From contig CM035358.1 in assembly GCA_020137815.1 (NCBI GenBank), positions 7,316,001-7,380,000 of the forward strand: 64,000 nucleotides of DNA. Reading direction: 5' to 3'. The DNA comes from Hormiphora californensis (lineage: Eukaryota; Animalia; Ctenophora). The notes under the pieces were generated by a model, which saw nothing but the letters and a program-made list of their open reading frames with translations, was not told where the DNA came from and made no database searches. Position numbers and translations under genes: made by a program. This document shows, in pieces, positions 1 through 15,800 of this stretch. Positions within the stretch are counted from its first letter, which is position 1. Every line of letters begins with the position of its first letter.

Positions 1-46
1 TGATTGGTAAATGAGCATAAGGAGAAAAACGCTGTATCTACCCTTA

Positions 47-1049
47 TAGTCGGGACGAATCTCTCACAAAAAGAAGTGGTTGACTCACTATTTGGTGAAA
101 AGCAAATTCCGGTTGTAACCCACCTATTTTGACCCGCTGAACACGATCCCGTCCATAGGTAAGCTCGCAAAAGTGAAGAAAATGCCCAAATCGGCCACGA
201 CCTTTTACCTGTATTTTCAGCCTGTAGCCAAGAACATAAATCCTCTTAGAATAGGAGTAGAGACAAATCTGAGGGCACTAAAGTGATCAGCGCCCTCGCA
301 TTAGTGGGGGTAGGTGCTAGAATTAAGTCTCTACCTCATCTGGTTAATTAGATAATTGGATAATTAGGTTTGCGCATAACCGTTTTTAGCTATATGGCTA
401 TAGCCACTTAGGAATGGTTTAGAGACTTTTCACTGGCGCCATTTTGTAGGCAATAGCCAAGTTATGGGGGGTCGACGTCGGACTTTTAAGCTCTATCTCC
501 AACCGTTTAGCCGTTATTTGGCTTAAACGATGCTCAAAATCGGGCTTTTTACCGTTTTTCGCTCATTTTGAGCATCGATTAAGCCCAATAACGGCTAAAC
601 GGTTGGAGATAGAGCTTAAAAGTCCGACGTCGACCCCCCATAACTTGGCTATTGCCTAAAAAATGGCGCCAGTGAAAAGTCTCTAAACCATTCCTAAGTG
701 GCTATAGCCATATAGCCAAAAAACGGTTATGCGCAAACCTAATTATCCAATTATCTAATTAACCAGATGAGATAGAGACTTAATTCCAGCACCTACACCC
801 ACTAATGCGAGGGCGCTGATCACTTTAGTGCCCTCAGATTTGTCTCTACTCCTATTCTAAGAGGATTTATGTTTTTGGCTACAGGCTGAAAATACAGGTA
901 AAGGGGCGTGGCCGATTTGGGCATGTTCTTCACTTTTGCGAGCTTACCTATGGACGGGATCGTGTTCAGCGGGTCAAAATAGGTGGGTTACAACCGGAGT
1001 TTGCTTTTCACCAAATAGTGAGTCAAAAAATTAAGATTCGTCCCGACTA
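47..1049. mobile_element. Palindromic (foldback) non-autonomous DNA transposon
   Basis: Arms of ~500 bp are near-perfect inverted repeats centred near 550. Termini TAGTCGGGACGAATCT...AGATTCGTCCCGACTA, flanked by TTA on both sides (44-46, 1050-1052). No coding capacity. Confidence 0.85.
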
Positions 1050-1425
1050 TTAGGAAAGGAGTAGAGATAAAATTAAGGGCACCAAAGTGTTCAGTGTCCT
1101 CGCATTAGTGGGGGTAGGTGCCAGAATAAAGTCTTTATCTCATCTGGTTAATTGGATAATTGGATAATTAGGTTTAAACATAACCGTTTAAGGCTATTAT
1201 ATGGCTATGGAGGTGAGACACTATGTGTTGAGACGCGCACAATGCGAAAATGCGCCTCCATAGCCACGTAGGAATCGTTTAGAGACTTTTCATTGGTGCA
1301 ATTTTGTAGGCAATGGCTAAGTTATGGGGGGTCGACGTCGGACTTTTAAGCTCCATCTTCAACCGTTTAGCCGTTATTTGGCTTTAAAGGTGCTCAAAAT
1401 TAGCAAAAAACGGTAAAAAGCCCAC
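1050..1425 (+). repeat. Diverged copy of the internal sequence of the 47-1049 element (probable older host element)
   Basis: Aligns by eye with ~246-560 (ggagtagaga...ctcgcattagtgggggtaggtg...gttatggggggtcgacgtcggacttttaagctc). Confidence 0.75.
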
Positions 1426-1429
1426 ATTT

Positions 1430-4293
1430 ATGGCGCCATACAAGAGTGGCGCCACATAAATGTTGGCGCCATCCAGTATACGTTAGCGCCAATAAGGATG
1501 GCGGTGGCGGTAGTCAAACAGTGCCATATGTTGGCGTTACAAAATATTTTGAGTGGCGCCACTTTTTTATGTGGCGCCACTCCAGTGGTGTGGCGCCACT
1601 CCAGAAATCGGTTTTTTTGTTGGCGCCACAAGTTAGCGCCAAATTCAACAACTGGCGCCAAACTCCACCGCCATCTAAGTACCGCCAGAGCATGTATGGC
1701 GCCACTTCCGTGGTATGGCGCCACTCCCGACCGCCACATGGCGATTGCAACCGCCATGTGGCGATTGACTACCGCCATGGCGGGACTACCCAGATTGGCG
1801 CCAATTTGGCGCCAAATGGCGCTACTTGGCGATTTGTATTCAATCGCCAACTTAGCGCCATTTTGGCGATTGCCGCCAACTTAGCGCCAAATTGGCGCCA
1901 TGTTGGCGGCGATCGCCAAGTAGCACCATTTGGCGCCAAATTGGCGCCAACATAGCGCCAAATTGGCGGTGCTTGGCACTTAGCGCCAAATTGGCGATTG
2001 GCTACAAATCGCCAATTTGGCCCCAAATTGGCGGTGCTTGGCACTTATCGCCAAATTGGCGATTGGCTACAAATCGCCAATTTGGCGCTAAGTTGGCGCC
2101 AAATTGGCGGTGCTTGGCACTTAGCGCCAAATTGGCGCCAACTTAGCGCCAAATTGGCGGTGCTTGGCACTTAGCGCCAAATTGGTGATTGGCTACAAAT
2201 CGCCAATTTGGCGCTAAGTTGGCGCCAAATTGGCGGTGCTTGGCACTTAGCGCCAAATTGGCGCCAACTTAGCGCCAAATTGGCGGTGCTTGGCACTTAG
2301 CGCCAAATTGGCGATTGGCTACAAATCGCCAATTTGGCGCTAAGTTGGGTAGAAGGGCCACGGCCCTTGAACACCGCCACGTGGCGGTTTTAACCGCCAC
2401 GTGGCCCCTGGACGTGGCGTCAATTCTCAGGACGTGGCGCCAATGAGCCTTTTTGGCGGTGTTCATGTGGCGTTAATAGTCGAAATTGGCGCTTCGAATT
2501 GGCGCTTTTCTTTTTTGGCCCCAGGGACGTGGCGTTGGCCCCAGGACGTGGCGTCAATTTTGAGAGGATGGCGCCAATGGATTTTTAGTCGATTTTAGCG
2601 CCACGTGGTTTTTTGAATTTTCGGTGTGGCGTCAATAATTGACGCCACATAGTTGGCGCCACATAAACTCCGCCACATCAAAGCGCCAAAGTAATTATTA
2701 GCGCCATTTACATGGCGCTAATTAAGTTCTTACATGGCGATATATTTATATAAACACAGCTCTTTTTTAACTGTTCAATCCTTGATGCCTCTGTGGGTCT
2801 TTAGGGACTTCTACGGACATTCAGGGACCTCTGGTGTCCTCTTGGGGCGTTTCAGGGGACTCTAGAGAACTCTAGTGGCTTTTTGGGGGCCTTGTGTGCT
2901 CATCTGGGGCTGCATTCGATCTTTCTGGGCTTTTGAGGGACTCTAATCGACTCTAGTGGCCTCTAGGGGTCTCTTGGAGCCTTCTAGGGGGCTTTTAGGT
3001 GACTCTAGCGCCTCCTGGGGGTCCCTAGGGGCCACTAGGGGGTTTCTGGTATCAGTTTATATGGCGCCAATTTACATGGCGCCAAAAAATTAGCGCCAAA
3101 AATTAGCGCCAAATGATAGGCCAAAAAAACAAATTGGCGATTCGAATTTTTTGGGTGTGGCGTCATCCGAAAGCGCCAAAAAATTTTGACATCTCCGCCA
3201 CTCAAAAATTGACGCCACGTCCTGGGGCCAACGCCACGTCCCTGGGGCCAAAAAAGAAAAGCGCCAATTCGAAGCGCCAATTTCGACTATTAACGCCACA
3301 TGAACACCGCCAAAAAGGCTCATTGGCGCCACGTCCTGAGAATTGACGCCACGTCCAGGGGCCACGTGGCGGTTAAAACCGCCACGTGGCGGTGTTCAAG
3401 GGCCGTGACCCTTCTACCCTAAGTTGGCGCCAAATTGGCGGTGCTTGGCACTTAACGCCAAATTAGCGCCAACTTAGCGCCAAATTGGCGATTTGTAGCC
3501 AATCGCCAATTTGGCGCTGAGTGCCAAGCACCGCCAATTTGGCGCCAATTTGGCGCCAAATTGGCGGTGCTTGGCACTTAGCGCCAAATTGTTGGCGCTA
3601 ATTTGGCGATTTGTAGCCAATCGCCAATTTGGCGCTAATTTGGCGCCAAGTTGGCGGTGCTTGGCACTTAGCGCCAAATTGGCGATTGGCTAAAAATCGC
3701 CAGATTGGCGCCAGTTTGGCGCCAATTTGGCGATTTTTTAGCCAATCGCCAATTTGGCGCTAAGTTGGCGCCAATTTGGCGATTTTTAGCCAATCGCCAA
3801 TTTGGCGCTATGTTGGCGCCAAATTGGCGGTATTTGGCACTTTGCGCCAATTTGGCGCTAAGTTGGCGCTAAGTTGGCGACGAAAATGTGGTTAATTCAC
3901 GCTTCTGAATGTTCGCACTCGCCAAGTGGCGCTAATTTGGCGCCAATTTGGCGCCAAGACTAAAAAATACCTGGCGCCAATTTGGCGCCAATTTGGCGCC
4001 ACTTGGCGGTGGGCACAGTTTATCCAGAAAAATGCGCATCGCCACGTGGCGGTACCGCCAATTACCGCCAACACTTGGCGATTTATAATCGCCACGTTGC
4101 GCCAATTGGCGCCACGTGGCTCCATTTGGCGCCAAAAAACCGCCAACTTGGCGCCAAAATGGCGCCAAATTGGCGGTAGTGCGCAGTCGCCAAATTTTGG
4201 CGCCATTTGGCGCCAATATATCGCCACGTGGCGCCAATTTGGCGCCAATTTGGCGCCAAATGGCGCCAAAAAGTGCGCACGACCTTAACTACC
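1430..4293. repeat. TGGCGCCA-rich tandem/inverted repeat array, probably the body of a non-autonomous DNA transposon
   Basis: Dozens of ttggcgccaa units. The right end (gaccttaactacc, 4293) resembles the TIR of the nested element and truncates a LINE ORF. ORFs here are repeat translations. Confidence 0.8.
2348..3418. mobile_element. Nested TIR element, Merlin-like (GG termini, 8-bp TSD)
   Basis: ~350-bp inverted arms beginning GGTAGAAGGG and ending CCCTTCTACC. CTAAGTTG is duplicated at 2340-2347 and 3419-3426. Confidence 0.7.
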
Positions 4294-5310
4294 ATACTAC
4301 CGTTTTCTCTATGTTTAGTTTTAAGCCATTTATAGAGACCCATGCCTGGACAGCTCGGAGTGCACGGTTGCATTTCTGCTCAAGCTCACTGTGGGTTTCA
4401 GCTGTGATTAGAAGATTCGAGTCGTCAGCGAAGATAAAAAACTCAGCGAGGTCGGTTGATAGTGGTAGGTCGTTAATATAAATTAAGAAAAGAGTCGGGC
4501 CTAATACTGACCCTTGTGGCACACCATGTGAGATGAGCTCCTTTTCAGAACAAAGATTGTTTACATGGACGTATTGACTTCTTTCTATTAAGTAAGATCG
4601 GAACCAGTCTAAATTTTTTCCTCTAATGCCGTAGTGCTCTAGTTTAGTCAGGAGGATCTCATGATCCACCATATCGAACGAAATAATGTCAAACTTTTGA
4701 TAGAATTCTATGTTTTCCCTAATGTTAGCTATGTTGTGTGTAAGTGATCTAATATTAGAAGATAGGATTTGTATCTGTTTACTTAGGTTACCTTTAATAC
4801 GGTCAGAAGGAGTGTAATTACATGAGTCTAGTACTGAGGACGGTAGTTGCCATGCACCCATATCAGTTGATATATGTGCATCACTATCGAACTCAGCTAC
4901 ATACGTCGCGGCATGTTTTTTAGCGTAGGGGTTGAACGCGGTTTCCAGTTTGACGAAACTGGAGGTGGATTTAGATATAATATCCCCAGGAAAAATATTT
5001 TGGTGGCACGATTTACATCCTAATGTCCCCAAGGAACAACTATTATGGACAGACATCTCGCAAATCCAGCATGTGGTTAATTTGTATCTATTTCCTAGTT
5101 TTTGACAGACATTACACGGCTTAGTGGTATTTAGTATCTTTGAGTGGCCGCGGGTTTCAGATACAGTAAGATTTAGGCATGTAAGAGGTAGCATATCTAG
5201 GGTGCAAGTCTCGCATGTCCAGTGCCGAGTTAAATTTAGATTTGAGAGTTGTTGTATGTCTGTTGGAGTAAGAGAAGCACATTTACTATGCTGAGTAGTC
5301 CCACATAGAG
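4294..5310 (-). mobile_element. Internally deleted CR1/L2-like LINE (PHD-like finger, start of APE endonuclease, RT fragment)
   Basis: ORF 4289-5194 contains Cys/His finger CNVC...CWICEMSVHNSC, then ILSSNIRSL...FDIISF, then FDMVDHEILLTKLEHYGIRG...WFRSYL...GVPQGSVLGPTLFLIYINDLP...FADD...NGLKLNIEKT. Confidence 0.9.
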
Positions 5311-5896
5311 AGCATGTTATACTCGGTTTGCGGGGTAAACATTTTTTTTTTTTTTTGCTCTCAGATTGTCAAAAATCGACAAAAATCGGTAAAATTTTCC
5401 GTCATTAAAGGTGCACTACTTCAAATTCTTAGTGCACTACCATGCTCAAAACCCTGGCTACGCCACTGGTTACTACTAACAAAAATGACACATTGAAATA
5501 CCGGGTATGTAAGCGGGGAAGTTATCCCTTCCTAAGGTAAATAGGAATAGGATGAGTAGAGGATTAGGGATATTAGGGCAGGATCACTAAACAGTATAGG
5601 TACTAGTAGGAAATGGGTAATTGTCTACTTGTAATAAGTAGTAAACACCGGAAATATAACATATCAACTAACTACTAACCGGTAGTGATAACTGCTCAGG
5701 AAGGACGGTTCTCTTTTTGTTATCACAAGATCTCCACCACAAATACAGTCCAGTTACAGCTGCACCAATCAGTATGGCATCCATCTGGAGGTCCAGATCC
5801 TTGAAGGACCCTTTCACCCCTACCACCATATCTAGATGAGAGATATATTTAAGGGATGATCAATGTTACTTGCAGGATGCCCAATATATTTGGCTT

Positions 5897-5953
5897 CAAC
5901 TAGGAACTGTTAGGATGGGTACCAAGATCACCCATCCTAACAGTTCCTAGTTG
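5897..5953. repeat. Perfect 24-bp hairpin with 9-nt loop
   Basis: caactaggaactgttaggatgggt-accaagatc-acccatcctaacagttcctagttg. Confidence 0.85.
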
Positions 5954-6351
5954 TAGCATTGAATCAAGACAAGAAGATGGTACGTGGTTGCAATAATGGT
6001 ACTGCTACTCAACACCGGTGCTTGATCTAGTACATTCTACACACAGGAGTACATGTAGTGAATAGTACATGGAGACCCATGGTCTCTAGTTTCCAATTTG
6101 AAGAGTGGCACTGCGGCACTGCGGCACTGCATGGTACTGTGGCACTATGGTACTCAGCAGGGGGGGTTTGGGGATCTGGGTCTTTACATACCAGTAAAAG
6201 ATGCGATGACCAGGGAGAGCATCTTTCCGATAATAAATCACTGCGTATTTAGTTCTATCAACAAAATAACAGCAACACAAACTAGGTAAACGGCCAAAAA
6301 AGGAAATAAAATACCACCTTTGAGCTGCCTGTAAGCCCATCACCGATAAGG

Positions 6352-6395
6352 AGAGAGAGGAAGAGAGAGATAGAGAGAGATAGAGATAGAGAGAG

Positions 6396-6437
<42 letters not shown>
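6352..6437. repeat. (AG)n microsatellite
   Basis: Direct inspection. Confidence 0.9.
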
Positions 6438-8070
6438 TGCCAACGTAAGTAATACGACCCTACCAGAAGGCAGTAAGGTGGTATATGTAAGTGATATGAA
6501 GCAGCCAGCAAGAACCGTCCTGCCGATGTGAGAACAATCATAGAACTAGACAGACCTTCGACATTCGTTTGGGCACGGTGTACCCTCTCTTTTTGGGACT
6601 AGACATTCGTCTACTGTGAAAGGAGTATTTTTAGAGCGGGGGGGGGGGGTGAAAGAAGTACGGAGTACGGAGGTGTAGAGAGCAGTAAAGTCGGATTTTT
6701 TGAAGTTGTCACCCCCTTCTTGTGCACTCGTTTTTTCCGTGTCACATCTGCATCAAATGTTAACTTATTGGCACCGCAGACCCCATCTGAGTGCACTGAA
6801 TCAAATCGGGATTTAACAGCATGTTAACTTATGCAATGTGCATGTCAAAAAGGATAAATATCGCATGCGTGTGCGTTTTGGGGTGACAACTTCAGAAAAT
6901 CTGACTTTAAACAATCCATGCAAAATGCATAGTAGGACACACTAGCGTGGTAATAACGAAGGGCTTTTTTCTCCGTATTTTTTATTTTGTCCTGGGTTTG
7001 TGCTGGTGCCGTCCCTGTTTGGATGTCGTGGACAACGCTTTGGGGCTTGGGCGGCACCTTGCGATTAATCAATATGACGGAGCACCTGTACTGACATACA
7101 ATTTGATCTTTTATTGTTAAATACAGTTGGCCTATGCTGCAACCTAACGCTCCAGTTGCAGATTTGAAACTGACACCAGGCTGCAGGAAACTGACGCCAG
7201 TATCTAGCTGGGAGACTCCTGATGAACCATGCTGCGATGACTAGCAGGAATTTCGATGTGAATTGCATTGAAAGTAGGCGCCGTGCGCAGTGTCAGCAGC
7301 AGAGTGAATCTCTGGCATCAAGAAACTGGCGCCAGTATCCGAATCTCTATCTGGGGCCTTGTGGTGGTAAAAAAACGAAACTCACTCCAAGTCCAAACTC
7401 CAATGCGGGCCCTAACACCGATTAAGCATAACTTTTCAACAGCTGAGAAGCTTCCGAAGAGAGAAAGGGGGTAACTGTATGAGTCTCATACACATTGTAA
7501 TGTAATATAATCATTTATATATACCACTTTATAGTGTAAAATAATGGAGCACGCACCAACAGCCTACGCTTGACATACTCTCTCACTTTCAAAAGTGGAT
7601 TTGATTTGCCCCGGAGTCGGGTCCAAGCCGGCCGGTGAAAGCTTCAACTTTTTCCGTTGGCAAACGTTGCTGGCAGCGCGGGATAAGGCAGCGCTTTTCA
7701 CCTTTTTCCGTTTCCGGGGGAAAAAAATCCGACTGGTTCGACTTTCAAATTTGAGACTCAGGATTTTTTTACGCGCGCATCATACAAGTCTTTGCTCCGC
7801 GCGGACCTCTTTGGCGGTGATAACCTGAAAGTCTCGCGCGTGACGTTGTGGGACCCGGTTTATTATTGCGGCAAAATAAAGCAAATTAATTTCATAAAAC
7901 TTTTATATATCACATCTTACATATTAAGTATTAAAGAACACATTCGTAAACAACACAACCCAAATTGTCTCTGATAAAGTTGCTATTTCTCAAACTCAAA
8001 GAGTTAGCGAGAAAGTTCTTGCCAAAACCTAGCTGAAACGACCTCAAAATACACAACTACACAATTCACA

Positions 8071-8806
8071 TCACCTTCCCCCGCTTGTTCTAGGCAGGTT
8101 TCCAGCCCCTAAACTACCGTCAGCATTGAATCTTGGTATTACAGAGAGGATTAGGTTGCCAAAGATACTATCTTGGGTCACAAAGAATCCGTCACTGTCT
8201 TGGTTACTGCCCTGAAGAAGAGGGGATATTGAAAGAAGATCAGAGAATCTCTATTATCAAAAAAACAAGTGACGGTGACATAACCCTCATCTCCAAAACT
8301 TGGTAACGAAATTACCATCTCCAAATCGCCCGTGTGTTACCTGGAGTGCCTTTAGTTTGCTGGCATGTAACCTGCTAGCCTCTGCTGGGGTCCTTTCAAT
8401 GGGTTCTGGTACTACAGGTTGGGAGATCATAGCAGGTGGCTGTTGTGGGTGGCTTCCCACACCTATATAGGGGGAGAGGGAAATTAACATGGTTTGTTGT
8501 AAGATGGTTTAACATGTTCATGTTGGGACGTCATGAGATAAACTGCCAAGTTAATTAAACTTTAATTTCGGAGAGTTAATAACGTACCGTTGTTGTTCTC
8601 AATTTTGCTCTGAAGTTGCATTTTCTTGCTCTGCAGATCCTCAAGCAACTTTATTCGCTTGATAGCTGAAAACAAAACAGAGGTTGACACAAAACTAGGA
8701 GAAGAAAAGCTTTGACATATGGAGCCTTCGGATCTAAAGATTTTTTTAATTTTTAACCCCCCCCCCCCCTTTTTCGGGTCTAAAGATTTCTACCGTTGTC
8801 ACCCAT
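8071..8806 (-). CDS. INIP: SOSS complex subunit C (INTS3 and NABP interacting protein), 4 exons, ~117 aa
   Basis: Exons 8794-8806, 8588-8665, 8341-8462 and 8071-8211 splice in frame (GT-AG): MGDNAIKRIKLLEDLQSKK...KLKALQGSNQDSDGFFVTQDSIFGNLILSVIPRF. This matches the SOSS-C C-terminal motif GYFITQDSAFGNLILPVLPR. Confidence 0.85.
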
Positions 8807-9027
8807 CCACTACTGGCCAGCTCGCTCTGTTCTCTCTCCTTCTAGTTCATGGACACTTCATGGTGGTGGTCTTTTTGTCATGCTACCAAGATATAACTGT
8901 TTGAGTATTTAATGGGGGGGGGGGGAATTAGTGTTTAAAATTAGAAGGGGGACAGGTCGAGGGGGGAGGGGGTTAGGGATGGAACTCAGAAAAAAGACTG
9001 AATAAAACATCAAAAACAGTAACTAAA

Positions 9028-12194
<3,167 letters not shown>

Positions 12195-12815
12195 GGTGGC
12201 TGGTGGTGGTGGACTTGCTAATATTGGATAACGGGTTAGTTGGGGGGGGGGTGGACTTGCTAATATTGGATAACGGGTTAGTTGGGGGCGAGGGGAGAAC
12301 TTAGAAGGGTGGGTTGGCAACATACCAACTACCAAGGTTGGGGAGAATAGGAAGCAGTAAAAACACAGATCAGTTAGTCAATAAGAATTGGATGTGTGAA
12401 TGAAAAAAACGTGTATAAATTTACATTTAACTAATAATAACACAAATTTATAGATCTCTGAAAAAGAAATTCAAAAATGATTGGGACACCTCTCTCTCTA
12501 TATATATCCCTTTCTCCCCCTCTCTGTCTCCCTTTCTCTCTCTCACTCTATCTCCCTCTACCCTCTCTCTATCAACCACTCTATCCCTCTACCCCATCTC
12601 TATCTCTCTCAGCTCTCTTCCCAAATCCCGCACTCAGTTTGTACAACAAATAATTTAACAGTAGTAGATAAAAGCCATGTATGTTTACATAGTTACCGTA
12701 CTGTTACCATAGTTACCATGGTTACCATATATCGCTAGATACTAAAGTCAAATGAGAACTACTAACTCCCTCACAACATGACGTCATAATGTCGTGACGT
12801 CACTATGACGTCACA

Positions 12816-15800
12816 CTACGTCCCATCATAATCACTGTCACTATCCTGACCACCAGGATCACTCTCACCAGAGTCTGAATTTACCACATACCTTCTTCGT
12901 TTCACCTTCTTCTTCTTCGAGGCACTGGCACCCCCTTTGGTTGAGATACGCCGCCTCTTGTCGCCCAGCTTGGAGGGTGTTTTGGAGACACGGGGTTTCC
13001 TTTTAGGTTTCTGGGGCAGTTCCTTTCGCTTTTCATACTGAGAGAAAGGGGAGGGAGTTAATACTGCGCAATCATGACAGTAGTCTGGTGGAAACATGTC
13101 TTGAACCTAGAAGTAAAAAAGGTCAAAGCGATTCCTTCACCAAAACCTTCCAACAGGTGCCCTGAGTAACCAAAAAAAACTTTAAGGCTCAAAGTGTGGG
13201 GGAAGTACCCCTAATTGGCCCTAATAGGCCGTAAATTGGGTATACTGTATCTCCGCTATGGTAGGTCGTAGAGAGTCGTACTTGGGCTCAAACGATGCAG
13301 AATCTGCATGTTTAGGGGGGTCGCACCAAGGTCCAAAAGCTCTATCTGCCATACTTTTCCCGTAATTGAGCATAATTGACATTGATTGGGGTGTTCTCTA
13401 ACTCTGCCTAGGAATGGAGTAGAGAGGTAAACGAGGGCTCTAAAGTGTACAGGATCAACACGTTATTACGTTCTAAACGTAAACTGAGTCTCTAGCATGC
13501 TCAATCAGGGAATTAATTGAATTATCGGTGACCCTAATAGGCCGTAAATAGGGTATGATGTATCTCCGGAACGAGAGATCGTAGAGAGTCGTACTTGGGC
13601 TCAAACGATGCAGAATCGGCATGCTTGGGGGGTCGCACCAAGGTCAAAAAGCTATATCTGCCTTACTTTTCCTGTAATTGAGCATAATTGACCTTGATTG
13701 GGGTGTTCTCTAACTCCGCTTAGGAATGGAGTAGAGAGGTAAACGAGGGCTCTAAAGTGTACAGGATCAACACGTTATTACGTTCTAAACGTAAACTAAA
13801 TCTCTATCATGCTCAATCAGGGAGTTAATTGAATTATCGGTGACCCTAATAGGCCGTAAATAGGGCATGCTGTATCTCCGTGCCTAATACCTCTCCGATC
13901 CTACCTGATACCCCTCATACCCTACTACTTACTAGATACCCTAAGACCCTCCCAGGGACCCCTTTGGTCCTCCCAGATAATCTTAAGAACATGCTTGATA
14001 GCCCTTCAACCCTACTTGATATCCCTCTGTTCCTACTAGATACCCTTCTGACCCTGCCTGATACCTCTCAGACACGTCTACTAGATACCCTAATAAGGCC
14101 CTCTCTGATACCCCTCTGACCCTACCTGATGACTCTTTGACCATGCTAGATACCCCTAAAACCCCATTTGATACCCCTTTGACTCTACTAGATACTCCTC
14201 TGACCTTACAGCTGCTACCCCTCAGACCCTACTAGATACCCTAAGGCCCTCCCTGGTATCCCTCTGACACAACTTGATAACCCTCAGACCGTGCTAGATA
14301 CCTCTCAAACCTCATTAAATACCACTTTGATCCTACTAAATACCCCTTTGATCCTACCTGATACCCCTCTGACCATATTAGATACCCTAAGACCTTCCAA
14401 GATACCCCTCTGGTCCTCCCAGATAATCCTTAGACCGTGCTTGATGCCCCTCAAACCCTACTAGATATCCCTCTGTCCCTACTAGATACCCCTTTGATCC
14501 TACCTGATACCCTTCTGACCATATTAGATACCCTAAGACCTTCCAAGATACCCCTCTGGTCCTCCCAGATAATCCTTAGACCGTGCTTGATGCCTCTCAA
14601 CCCTACTAGATATCCCTCTGTCTCTACTAGATACCCTTCTGACCCTACCTGATACCTCTCAGACCCTACTAGATATCCCTCTGGTCCCAGATAATCCTTA
14701 GACCGTGCTTGATACTCATCAAACATTATTTATGCATTTCTTAATTTAATTTATTACCATTTGAAGAGAAGTATATTTATTATCAGAGTTTTTATTTTAA
14801 CTTATTTTTTCTAATTTGAGAGTGACGGGCACTGTGGGTGTTCTCTATTAAGGTGGCCTGAGGCCACGTTGAGGAAGCCCCCGGGCTGGACGTGACGAGA
14901 TATTTAACGTATTATTCATATTGTAAGTTTGGTTTGAAATGTTTTTCCGATAAAAAAAACTAAATATCCCTCTGTCCCTGCTAGATACCCCTCTGACCAT
15001 ACCTGATACCCCTCCGACCCTACTAGATACCCTAAGGCCCTCTCTGATACCCCTCTGACCCTACCTGATAACTCTTAAACCATGCTAGATACCCCTAAAA
15101 CCCCATTTGATACCCCTCTGATTCTACTAGATACTCCTTTGACCCTACCCGATACTCCTCAGACCCTACTACTAGATACCCTAGCATCCTGAAGGTATCA
15201 GACTATCAGGTAGGGACAGAGGTTTGAGGGGCATCAAGCACGGTCTAAGGATTATCTGGGAGGACCAGAGGGGTATCTTGGAGGGTCTTAGGGTATCTAA
15301 TATGGTCAGAAGGGTATCAGGTAGGATCAAAGGGGTATCTAGTAGAGACAGAGGGATATCTAGTAGGGTTTGAGGGGCATCAAGCACGGTCTAAGGATTA
15401 TCTGGGAGGACCAGAGGGGTATCTTGGAGGGTCTTAGGGTATCTAATATGGTCAGAGGTTGTTGAGTACTCAAAAAGTCAGAGGGGTATCAGGTAGGATC
15501 AAAGTGATATTTAATGGGGTTTGAGAGGTATCTACCACGGTCTAAGGGTTATCAAGTTGGGGCAGAGTGATACCAGGGAGGGCCTTAGGGTATCTAGCTT
15601 AGTCTGAGGAGTATCTAGTAGAGTCAGAGGGGTATCTAATGGGGTTTTAGGGGTATCTAGCATGGTCAAAGAGTCATCATGTAGGGTCAGAGGGGTATCA
15701 GAGAGGGCCTTAGGGTATCTAGTAGTGTCTGAGGGGTATATATAGTAGGAACAAAGGGATATCTAGTAGGGTTTGAGGGCTATCAAGCATGGTCTAAGGA

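Noticed and set aside
1428-4288. Many overlapping ORFs (LAPNWRQ...)
   Set aside because: Translations of the TGGCGCCA repeat; no domain signal.
13880-15387. LLDTPL repetitive ORFs
   Set aside because: A 21-bp minisatellite keeps frames open; non-coding interior of a foldback element.
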